In this document: positions 35,458-46,300 of the stretch, piece by piece
Numbering within the stretch: the first letter of the stretch is position 1
Layout of the letters: each line of letters starts with the position of its first letter
Origin: Gnetum montanum
Lineage: Eukaryota > Plantae > Gnetophyta
Reading direction: 5' to 3'
Assembly (NCBI GenBank): GCA_015680685.1
Contig: MNCI01000556.1
Coordinates: forward strand, 1,003,931-1,067,930
Length of the DNA stretch: 64,000 bases
Notes under the pieces: generated by a model
Database searches by the model: none
What the model saw: only the letters and a program-made list of their open reading frames with translations
What the model was told of the DNA's origin: nothing
Made by a program: the position numbers and the translations under genes

Positions 35458-36870
35458 CTAGCAACCCGGGGAGAGGCCAAGGCGGGCATTGGCTACGTCG
35501 AAAAGAAATAACATATCGGTCTGCTGGTAGTTACCCCAGATGGATATCTCATACTGACCTTTGCCGGCGGCGTAGCGGGAAAAGGCCAGGCACAGCACCT
35601 TGGACGTCACCGGCCACACGGTCTGCTCCACCGACAGAGCCACGTTGACACCGCCGGCTAACCGCAGGGTCACCTGCGGCACAACGTCCGCGCTCCCGGA
35701 CGGCATCACGAAACACGTATCGAAGTTGTTGGTGGGGTCGGCCGTCGCCGTCAGTCCGCGGCTCTGCGCGGCCGCCGAGAAAGCCGACGAGAACGGCCAG
35801 TACACGGCCTCCACGAAGCCCGTTATGCTCGTACCGGAGTCCACGATGACGCCGCCGCGGCCGGTGGCCGTGTCCAGCGCCAGCGCGCCGGCCGGAAAAT
35901 CCACGGCTCTGCCGTCCACGCTGATGCCCTGGAGCTCCACGTAGTAGAAGAGGGGGATCTTCGGGTTCGTCAGCAGCGGCGTATAAGACAGAGCCGTGAA
36001 GTTGACGACCGAGGAGTTTCCGAGCAGCAGGTAACCGGTGGCGGTCTCGGACATGTACTTCGGCAGGCAGTAGCCGAATACGCGGCCGTAGTGGCTCTCC
36101 TCCTGCGAGACCAGCGAGAAGTTGCCGCGGCCCAGGCCGACGAGCCCACTGACCTTGGCGGACGCCGCTGACGGGCAGCCGAAGGCGAACCCGGGATGCG
36201 AATCGAGCCCCACAGTGAGCACGTCCGTGGCCAGGGTACCGGTGACGCCGGTGCCGTCGCCGTAGGTGGTTTCGAAGAGGCAGCGTCCGTTGTCGCAGAT
36301 GGAGTAGTCCTCGCTGGAACCGAAGGCTTTGCAGGTCTGCGAGGCGCAGGACTGCTCGGCGTAGGAGGCCGACAACGCCGGGTCGAAGGCCGCGAACGAG
36401 CCGCAGCCGGCGCAGCCGGCGCACGGAACCCAGGACAGGTCGCTGCCGGTGTCGATGATCATGAAGAAGTTCTGCGGCGGCGTGCCCAGGCCCAGCTCCA
36501 CCACGAAGTCCCACTGCGAGTCTTGTTTCAGGGCCTCGCCCGTGGAAGACTCGAGCTCGAAGCCCCGGAGGCGCCTACCGATGTGCCGGAAGCGCCGTCG
36601 GTCGCCGGCGATGGTGTCGAGCGGAGTCTCAGGCCAGGGCTTGGCGGTGTCGTTCCGGAACGGGGAGCAGGCGCCGTGCCGGTGCACCAGCGGAAGCTTG
36701 CCTTCATTCCGGTAGGTCCGTTTGGCCTGTTCGCATTCCGGCGGCATCGCCGACGGTGTTCGTGTCAATGGCGACGCTGCCACGGCTGGCTTATGGAGCA
36801 GCAGCACCGTTGCTGCTAGTAATGCTATTCTATGCGTCATCGGAATCACGATTCCACTCAAATTAACCAT
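35458..36870 (-). CDS. Secreted A1B-family (nepenthesin-like / TAXi_N + TAXi_C) aspartic protease, intronless, 470 aa
   Basis: Uninterrupted ORF. Hydrophobic signal peptide, LVHRHGACSP pro-region, catalytic IIDTGSDLSWVPC and VIVDSGTSIT, Cys-rich insert, GLVGLGRG, FGYCLP, GNYQQ. Strong GC3 bias. Start may be Met1 (36870) or Met11 (36840). Confidence 0.96.
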   Translation of the reverse strand: MVNLSGIVIPMTHRIALLAATVLLLHKPAVAASPLTRTPSAMPPECEQAKRTYRNEGKLPLVHRHGACSPFRNDTAKPWPETPLDTIAGDRRRFRHIGRRLRGFELESSTGEALKQDSQWDFVVELGLGTPPQNFFMIIDTGSDLSWVPCAGCAGCGSFAAFDPALSASYAEQSCASQTCKAFGSSEDYSICDNGRCLFETTYGDGTGVTGTLATDVLTVGLDSHPGFAFGCPSAASAKVSGLVGLGRGNFSLVSQEESHYGRVFGYCLPKYMSETATGYLLLGNSSVVNFTALSYTPLLTNPKIPLFYYVELQGISVDGRAVDFPAGALALDTATGRGGVIVDSGTSITGFVEAVYWPFSSAFSAAAQSRGLTATADPTNNFDTCFVMPSGSADVVPQVTLRLAGGVNVALSVEQTVWPVTSKVLCLAFSRYAAGKGQYEISIWGNYQQTDMLFLFDVANARLGLSPGC

Positions 36871-37390
36871 CCCAGGACTGGTTCCAAAGATTGAGGTACG
36901 AGGTATTGAATCCTTGGGAGGATGATATGCACCATAGGATATGGATCCAGGGTGGACTTGTTACTTAAGAATTTTGGGTCTGAATCATGCTTCAGAGCAC
37001 TACTGCTGCTCCAGCCAATGAATCGAATTTGCTAATGCATTTTACACTTTTACTTCGATTGGGAGATGATCATCCAACAAGCAATCCGAAGAACAAGTCG
37101 TGTATAATTTTTTAAGGATTAGAAGAAGTGTTTCTTTTGTTATCTGGCAATCGACGCATTCTGGATTGGAACAGCTTAGTTTACGACCTGCCGAGCATGC
37201 CATAGTGTTTGGGAATGTTTTTTATAAGAACGTGTTGATGGCCAACTGAAAATACAGAATTTGAACTTGCAGATCGGCATGTAATATATGAAAATTCTTG
37301 TTTGCACGATTCATGTTTACCGATGTCACACGTGAAACCATCTTTTGTTTCGGGTTGTTAATGTTACTTTATTTTGAGCATGGAGCCTCA
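36871..37390 (-). promoter_or_regulatory. Putative 5' UTR/promoter of the protease gene
   Basis: Non-repetitive, CpG-retaining segment upstream of the ATG. Candidate TATAAAA (minus) at 37220-37226 and G-box CACGTG at 37329-37334. Motif function untested. Confidence 0.4.
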
Positions 37391-37599
37391 CCATGATGTG
37401 TGTGTATATATATATAAAGAAGATATGCGAATATCATTGGAGGGATGTTTACAAGGTGCATATATGGGTTTTAGCTTGGGCACAACCACTCAAAGAGGAT
37501 GAAGTTTATAGATTAGGTTTTCACGCATTGATTGATGATCAATTTAATATGAGGGTAGGCTATAGTCTAACAAATAGCTTCAACTTCTAAGGGTCATAA

Positions 37600-37787
37600 T
37601 AAAAATTAGGTGTTAGCCTAGTGGTAAGACTCTTAATTTGAAAGCTTAAAGCCATGGGTTAGATTTTGGTGAGCAATGCTAAATTATAAAATCCAATTTA
37701 CTATATATCTAGGGGTGTACTTATTATAATTATTTGAAGGTTCCAATACCTCCTCCACAACCCTAAATCCCCTACTAGTACGCCATC
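37600..37787 (+). mobile_element. tRNA-derived SINE (head type 1), longest copy
   Basis: AGGTGTTAGCCTAGTGGTAAGACTCTTAATTTGAAAG head; body shared with the other copies; flanked by CTTCTAAGGGTCATAA (37584-37599) and CTTCTAAGGAATCATAA (37788-37804). Confidence 0.75.
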
Positions 37788-37799
37788 CTTCTAAGGAAT

Positions 37800-38690
37800 C
37801 ATAAGGAATAGTTGGTTGGACATAACATGGTAGAGTTGCTTTCTAGACATTTCAAGCTAGAATAAATTTCTACTTACATATTCTTTTTAAGGTAAATAAG
37901 GTTTTTATATTATGCATTACTCTTTAAGTAATGCATTCATTATATTTGTAACTGCAAAAGTATTTTAGGCTAACCTAGTTATAAGACGAGGTTAAATTCA
38001 TATGTTGCTTTTGTATAGTAAAATTGCATGTCTTATTATATGTGCCTTAAATCATGAATTTAGTTTCTTTTATGTTAACTTTTGTTTCCAACAGAGGTTA
38101 TCATGATTACTAAGCATTTGTTGTAATGCTTCTATTGAGTTTGAAATTAAGATAACATGATTAGCATAAAGAGTTTGATAATGCTATTATTAATTATTAT
38201 TATATATTAAGTAGGTACTTTATATATTCGTTCTTCAAGTTCATCATTAAAAGGTTCAAATAAAATAGAAGAAAGATGATATCTTGTTTTATACCAATAT
38301 AAATAGTAAATAAACTTTTTTCTTCTATATTTATAAATTGGATGTATACCTATTTGTAAAGTCTTTGGACAACAAATAATAATGTGCTTGGAACTATTAA
38401 ATTTCTCAAGTGCCTTCATGATTAAATAGGAAAATTTATTATATTTGTATAGATCTAATTAACTAGTACAAAATACATTGATAGTGATAAATCTTAAGTA
38501 CAATAGATGTGTTCAATAATCACATAATTTGAATACCTCTTCTATATAATTTCTTAAAACCAATACTTATAACTTAAATATCTTTAAATATTGATTAGAA
38601 ATTTTCTATTTTCTTTTGAAGAAATCTATTCCACAACATTCTAATAATACATATTGTTTTTTTACTACCTGTAATAAAGACAATCAATGT
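37800..38690 (-). mobile_element. LINE reverse-transcriptase fragment
   Basis: Manual translation across frameshifts: IGIKQ..HLSSILFEPFNDELE (GVKQGCPLSP motif), LYANHVILIS (YADD), VNIKETKFMI. Confidence 0.75.
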
Positions 38691-38699
38691 GTTTTATCT

Positions 38700-39310
38700 T
38701 CATGTTGTTAAGGATTTAGTATTTAAATATTAACCTCAATATGTGTTAAGCTTATCTAGATGTATAATTGTAACATTTTACATAATCATAACTAATCATG
38801 TTATTTTAAGATTAAGGGAAGATACTACTATTAACTAAAGTTGTGACCCTTATTTTTTATGCCTTAAAGAGAAGACATTGTGGTAGTTTTACATGCAAAA
38901 CATATACACTCTTCATAACATAGTGTATAGACCATAATTATCAATTGTGTAACTTATGATTATTTCATGTAGTCTTTGTTTCTATTTTTACCTTACATAT
39001 ACTAAGATTTCTATCTCAATATCTCTATTTTTATACTATGTCTTACTACATTAACTATTTAACACTATAATCATCATTGTCTAAATATATGGTTGAATAA
39101 TGTTATGACATTTACATATTAGTTCTTGGTCCATTGCTTTCACATTGCTATGTACATACTTATACCACCATTATTTGTGGGTTATTATGAATTTGTCATG
39201 ACCATCATTTATATAAATTTGTATCATCACAATTTGCATGTTCATGCTATTTATTAATATTCTATCAATTCAACTCAGTTAGTTTTATTCTTAGGAACCT
39301 CAAATTCTTA
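38700..39310 (-). mobile_element. LINE 3'-end fragment; paralogous empty site for the 43449-44731 insertion
   Basis: Colinear with 43385-43448 joined to 44737-45290; encodes the LRIKT...TCKL C-terminal Cys-motif region. Confidence 0.7.
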
Positions 39311-40877
39311 ACATAATATTGGAGTAAGGTTGGTTTAACCTTCTATCCTTAATGGAGAGTAATCATGAATTATAGAAGTTTGTGGTTGTGTTGTTAACAA
39401 TATGTATTGTACCATGCAAGTGGAAATTTTATTTATAGCACAACATACCCCATGATTTAAGGCACATTAGTAGCATGAACTTAGAGCTTGTTTCTTTTGA
39501 GCTTCTTTGTAGCTATGAAGAGTTGCATTTGTATTGATGATTACTATTAGCAACAATGGTTTTTGGGATTGTTGGTTGATTTGGCTATTTACTTGTTCAT
39601 CCTTTATCCATGTTTTCAAGTTGCTTTGCCTTAAATCAAGTAAACTACGCAAAACATTCATTGATGCATGTTGTTTTCTCTTTTTTTTCTTTAATTAGTT
39701 AAGAGTTGTATTAGTTATAAATTTAATTTATTTTATATAATTAACTATGATTCCAAAACAAAAAGACATCATCCTTGTGGCAAGGGTTCATCATCAAAGT
39801 GCCTACATAGCAAGGACTCGATCATAGAAGTAAGTTTATTATATAATGTGCTAGCTGCACATTACATTGAAGTTGTTTATTTACCATGGTTCTTATCATT
39901 GAAGCTAATCATGGAACAAGCCATGCCCTACATCACTAAGGAGTTTAACACTTCCATGTAAAACTATGTACTTAATGGTGTAGAGGTATTACTTAAAGAG
40001 CTTTTCAAGAAGTTTACTACATTTGGGCTTTTGTCATTTATCGAATTTAAAAAAAGATTAATTTAAAGCAATGTCTCTTGAATACAAAAGCAATTATAAA
40101 GAATGATTTTTGTATAAATTCACTGAAAGTTTTAGATTTTGGAAGTTATGTTTTAATTTTTTGCAGTTTTGCTTCAAAACCATGGTGGGTGACTAGTTAT
40201 TAACTATGCTAATCTACTCTACATGTTCAAAGACATTATTAGTTTTGATAAAGCTAAGAAATTAGTAAACTCATAGTTTCCATGGTTCTTCCTAGAGGAA
40301 CCATGGAGTAGCATGACATTAATTATTTCTGCCTCCATCATTATGTAAGACAAAAAGATTGAAATCATTTGGATAACACTTAGTATACTACATTTGTAAG
40401 TGCATTTTGGGATGAAGATCAATTGGTTCAAAGTCCTCAAGAATGAAATAAAGTAGCAAATAAGGTTATATTATTATTTCAATAAGGCATATTACTCTCA
40501 TGCTCTTGTTCTTTCTATGTATATATTTATTATGTTAGACATAGAGTTTGTTGTGGTTAAGGTTTTTATGAAAATAAATGACACTGATGATATTAGTAAA
40601 TTGTTTGAGGTCATGGAAACTAGATTGGAATGATAAGGCATAGGTGTAGAAGAAGAAGAACACCAAGAAGAAGGAACTATTATGGTTCTAGATAAGTCAT
40701 GATTAATATTTTAGATGTATCTTTAAAGAGCAATGCTATAGATTTGGCCATGTACCATCATGCCTTGGAGAGTAAATTTTCGGATTCTTTAATCCATATG
40801 AGTACATCTATAACTTCTTCATTTGGAAAATCTTGACAAAGTGTAGTGATGAACATATAGAATTCAAGGTCATGGAG

Positions 40878-41297
40878 ACTGTAATAATAGATATGTAGAA
40901 GTTTGTAAAATAATAAATTGTCACCTCTATCAATAAAAAGATACTCCTCTCTCTTATTTATTCATATTATCATGGCATAGCCTATTTTCATGTGAGACAT
41001 GAAGGCAAAGGAGGAGTTGATGAAAGATCAATCCATCCACCATGACACTTAAGCATGGGTGGATGTGCTAACCTAGAAATTAAGACACTGTAATAATAGA
41101 TATGTAGAAGTTTGTAAAATAATAAATTGTCACCTCTATCAATAATAAGATACTCCTCTCTCTTATTTATTCATATTATCATTGCATACCCTATTTTCAT
41201 GTGAGACATGAAGGCAAAGGAGGAGTTGATGAAAGATCAATCCATCCACCATGACACACTGGAATGGGTGGATGTGCTAACCTAGAAATTAAGACAC
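40878..41297. repeat. Near-identical tandem duplication, 209-bp period
   Basis: ACTGTAATAATAGATATGTAGAAG...GCTAACCTAGAAATTAAGAC starts at 40878 and again at 41087. Confidence 0.95.
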
Positions 41298-41899
41298 ATA
41301 GAGATTCAAGGACTATCAAATAGCTTAATGTAGAAGTAATTTGAAGAATATAAAAGGAAAACTACCATATTGTTGGGAAAAAAAAACTATAAAGGATCTA
41401 TTTTTGTTAAAGATGATAAAAAACCTTCCACTTGCCACAATTGATGTTGTATGATTACAATTGACAAAGAAGAAAAGTAAGAAGTTTCTAAATAAGATGA
41501 ATTCAATAACTATTGATTTAAAAAAGGTGAAGTTTATAGAGAAATTTTCATTAGACAACCTTGATTTGGTTAGGTAGAATCTAGACATTAAAGTCAAAAT
41601 TAAGGAAAAGTAGTAGAAGAAGAAGGAGTAAATCCTTGAAAATCTAGAAGTTGAAAAGAATGTCCATTATTAGAGTTTTATTTTATGTCACTTAACAACT
41701 CTAATATTTCCAAGGCTCTAATGGTTAAGCATGTAACAATATAACATATTGACTAAATCCAACCTTAACTTGGCTTTGTTATTTAGTTCAATTCATAATC
41801 ATATTTTGAACACATTATAATATTGGTTTATAATTTAGTTGATATTGATTGTACAATGAAGAATGTAGTCATTCCTAACCAAAATTTTTGTACAAACTC

Positions 41900-43300
41900 T
41901 ACATAATGACTTAGCTAGGCTATATAGTAATTACCTTTACTTTAATGAAGCCTCCTAGGTGATCTTCTCTTCCTCCATAGGAAACTAGATCAGGATTTTG
42001 ATTAGCATCCATTGCGATCTTTGGTTCCTTTTTAAGAAACTAAATCTTTATCCATCTCTAATTCTTACTTGGCATATTTACTTCTTTAATAAAGGATGCT
42101 TGATGACATCTTCAACTCTTTATTTTTGAAGTTTATCAACTATTATAACCATAACTTTCTTTCACCTTATAATGTTTGAATATGATTTTTGTCTTTGTCT
42201 TTTTGTTTTTCTTCATTTTTATAGTTGGTTCTTTCTCTCTTTTCTTGTTGATTTTAGTTGAAAACATTTTTCTTGAGCTCTTAATATTCTTATTCCTTTT
42301 CTTCTTCTCTTACTCTTATTCCACCAACAATGTGTCTTGCATTCTTAAGGTATGATTATGACTCTTTGTAATTGAGGGTTACATCCTTATAAATCATCTC
42401 AATCTTCTTCTTTTTAAGAATTATGTATTTATTAACCTGATGACAAGACTAATGATTGTATATTTATAACTTTCTTAAGATTTAACACTCATCCACTACT
42501 TCTATATGAAAAATCATTAACAGATATTATGCAAGTTGCTAAGTATGTTGGTGAATTTTTAAATACTTTAGTTACTACCAACATAGTAATGCTAAATCCA
42601 TCTTTAATCATGGATCATGTTGTATTACATTAGGTAATTACAATAAAATTAAATATTATGGTTTTTGCATCTTCTTCCCTTGCATCCTTCTCTTCTACAG
42701 CACCTAAAGGAAGTCTCTTAGCTTCCTTATTCTCAAATCACAAAGGATTCAAACATTGATGGTGATTCTAAACTCTGTGAATTTGACATTACAGTAAATT
42801 TTAGGCATGATGAATAAAATAATGAATGACTTTCAACAAATTTTATTAAATGACAATTTATGAAGTTCTATGATTTCTAATGGTTATCTATCTCTATTGC
42901 ATTGTGTCTATCATTTCATGTATTATTCACATTTCCAAGAAAAATATCACCTATGAACTTTTCTCAATATAAGCTCCTATTTTTAATTTCAAGAAGCATT
43001 TATTATGTTGGAGATATAGCTAATAATCTTAGATATACATAGAATAATAGAGGTTAAGGAAATATGTTTGAAAACTCTAAGAAATAGCTTTGTTAACTTG
43101 AAGGAATGTATAAGTTTAATATTTTAATCAAAGTTGCTAAAATCGAAATAGAAAAATAAAAGAAGGATTCTCATTTGAAACTTTTTGATCTTCCTCATAA
43201 ATGTGATGCTTTTAAAACATATTTCTTTAAGTGTCAATATTAAGTGGAAGTAAGTTTTTCAATTATTAATTCATTTTTTAAACATATAGCCAAAGTTCTT
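41900..43300 (-). mobile_element. Probable LINE ORF2 N-terminal fragment (endonuclease/linker)
   Basis: Weak remnants: GDIFLGNVN (GDFN-like; ~42925-42950), CWWNKS linker (~42315-42335) and a K/R-rich linker. Confidence 0.45.
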
Positions 43301-43384
43301 TTACCCACAGAATAGTTATTATATAAAGTGAACCTAAGATATTATTAAAAAAAAAATTCACATTGAGTTTAAGGAAAGGTATTA

Positions 43385-46300
43385 AGGATATAGTATTTAA
43401 ATATGAACTTTAGCATGTGTTAACTATATCTAGATGTATGATTATATTTTTTTTTGGAAAAAGTCGAGCAAATTTGTATTCCCAAAAAATTGCTATACAT
43501 CCGTACAGCTAGCCCCACACCGACTAGGAGCACTAGCTCCAAATCCCCACCCCCACCGTGGGCATCCCCATCGGCAGGAAGCCGGTCCCCTCCCTGATTG
43601 TTAACTAGAGTGCAAACCCAAACTGGGCCTCACCTGGGTGTATCCCTCCCCCCAACTAACTTTTGGGGGGATTGTGGCTGGAGTTTTGATTCTCTTCGAC
43701 TGTTTACGATCTTGGAACCGGCTGCCCTGAGCCTACCACCAGGTGCTGTCTGTTTTCCTCTATTATCTGGGAAATGCCCATCATATGGTCTTTGATAATG
43801 TCTTCAATCCAAAGCAGCGTCTAGATTTACGACTACGGGGGGAGTGACGAACTGTTAGGATGCTGCCCCCTTGTTTTTTCTGTGGGGCTATCCTTTGTCT
43901 CTGGCTCCTCATCCTCCAGCACCTGCCCCTACCCATCCTACCCATTGTGAGCATCATGAAGGACCCTGGGGAGCATAATCGAGGTCCTGTTCTCGACCGC
44001 AGTACCCTCCTCACAGTACCCGCTCCTTCTCCTTGTGCTTTGCTGCCTCTGTACCAGATGGGCCATCGGCTGGAGCGATGGAATAGGGGTTCCTGCCAGC
44101 CACAGAGCCTAGATCACCCCTAGGTGTCTACCCGGATGCCCCTACCGCAAAGACTCCTAGAGGAATAGCGGAAGGTTGATGGCAGTCTCGGTGCGCATGC
44201 ACTGGAGGAACCTGAAGTGCACCCCATTCAGTTTGTGGTGTGAGCCTGACTGAATGAAGCACCTCTCCACCAACTCCGCTGTGGCCCTCCAGTCAAGCGG
44301 GAGGGCCGTACCCCATATGTATCCACTAGCTGTCCTGGGGATTGGGCCCTGGAATAATTCTACCACCGCAGCATGCGGGGAATATGGTCACCCCTGGCAG
44401 GCACCCTAATCGTAGTAGCCACTATGTCAACAGTGACCAAGATTTGGTGCCCCTGAAACATGGTAACCTCGCCCCCCTAGTTTGCATAGAATGGTTGGGT
44501 ATCCATATCTGGGTCAGTTGCAATGCGTGGCAGCATGCAGGTCCACCCCATTCGTAAAACCCAATGCTAGAGATCTGGCCAAGTTTGGAGAGCAGTGACG
44601 GGAGGGTCAAGGTGAGCGTGCGTGCCCATTGTTGTAGTAATTTCATGCCATACTCTACGAAACCTACAGGTAAGCATAGCCGGTGGGTGGAGGGGCCATC
44701 CCTTTAAAGAACCGATCGTTCCTAGCCTGCCATATTAGTTTAAATAATCATAACTAATAATGTTGTTGGATGATTACTTAAGAAGAGATATGACTCTCAA
44801 CTAAAGTTATGTCCCTTGTGTTTTGCGTCTTTAAGGAAAGACACTATAGTAGTTTTACATACATAACATACACACTCTTCATAGTTGATGTATAGATCAT
44901 GACTATGGACTATGTAACTCACAGTTATTTACTATGGTCTTCATTCATTTTTTAAGCTTCCATATACCAAGATCTCTATCTTAGTATCTTTATTTTCACT
45001 TTATCTTACTATATTAATTGCCTAACTCTATAATTGGCATTATCTAAGTACATGGTTAGATAATGTCATGACATTTCCATATTTTTCTTGCTCTATTATA
45101 TTCACATTTTTATACATACTTATGTTACTATTTTTGGCTTATTGTAAGTTACATTCTTTTTGGGTTGTCATAATTATCATTTATATAAAATTTTTTCATT
45201 GCAATTTACATGTTCGTGCTATTTACTAAAAATTCATCAATTGGACTTCACTATCTATATTTTAGAGACCTTGAATTTCTAAAACATAGTGCATATTATT
45301 TCATTGCCCAATTTTAACTAAAAGATGGTATGATCTAATTCTTACTCTACTAATTAATACTTTCATGAATATTGGAATTATGTACATGTTGCATTTCATC
45401 ATGTTTACCACCTCTAATGTTCTTGAGTAAAATTGAATATTTTTTAGTATTAGTGTTTTATTTTCTCATCTTTCTAAACCTTTCTTCATAAGTTTCTAAG
45501 CTTATTTTTAATTTATTATTACATAATATTTTCAATACCCCATATTTGTAGCCATAATTTTCCTTCATGGTACTTGCTTTATCATTGAAATTTTTGAATA
45601 ATCTCTACTAATATCTTCTTATTATTTTTATTGTTCAAATATAATGTTATACTTAAGCTTCAAATGACAACAAATTAGCTTTTAATAAAATGTATTTCAT
45701 ATAGGGCTTGAGTTTTCACCTTGCATTCATCTAATAAGAACTATTTTTGAAGTCTTTCAATTTCCTTTAATGATTCCTAATCAAGACTTAAACCTTATAC
45801 TACACATCCATAAAATATTTTAGGTTGTGTAATTGTTTGAATAAGATTATTTTAAATTATTTAAGTTTAAATATTTATTTGCTACATTTTCTTTTAATTA
45901 TAAAATATAAATTTAATACTTCCTTCTTTAGGCATCCTTAGATTTGAATATATGACATCATAGAGGTAAAAGTTAAGTATGAACTTACTTCAAATGACTA
46001 AATCATAAACCTTAATGAACTTTATAATGTGGATAAATGTTTTCTTATTTTTATTAATAAAATATTTTAAAGTTAATAAGAAATTTTAGAGTCATGAGAT
46101 GGTTTGTAGTAGAATGCTACCACATAAATCTTGCTTAAGAAGTATTTCATATCTTATTTTCTTTAGTTTATATTTAAAGCATAGATTCTACATTAGAGTT
46201 TAAAATCTTTGAAAAAATATTGCTCATTAAAATTAGTTTTTAATTATCTAGATAGATGTAAAATACTAAAAATAATATTGATAATAGGTAAAAATAAAAG

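Noticed and set aside
35549-36819. Long alternative-frame and antisense ORFs overlapping the protease (321, 207, 114, 88 aa)
   Set aside because: Expected by-products of high GC3 codon usage; R/G/A-rich translations with no recognisable domain.
35458-36870. Horizontal transfer or contamination as the explanation for the GC-rich gene
   Set aside because: The protein has plant A1B hallmarks, the family is commonly intronless, and it grades through plausible UTRs into the host repeats. A phylogeny would be the formal test.
40279-40307. 10-bp inverted repeat TCCATGGTTC...GAACCATGGA
   Set aside because: Isolated, and partly explained by the CCATGG palindrome that is common in this deaminated DNA.
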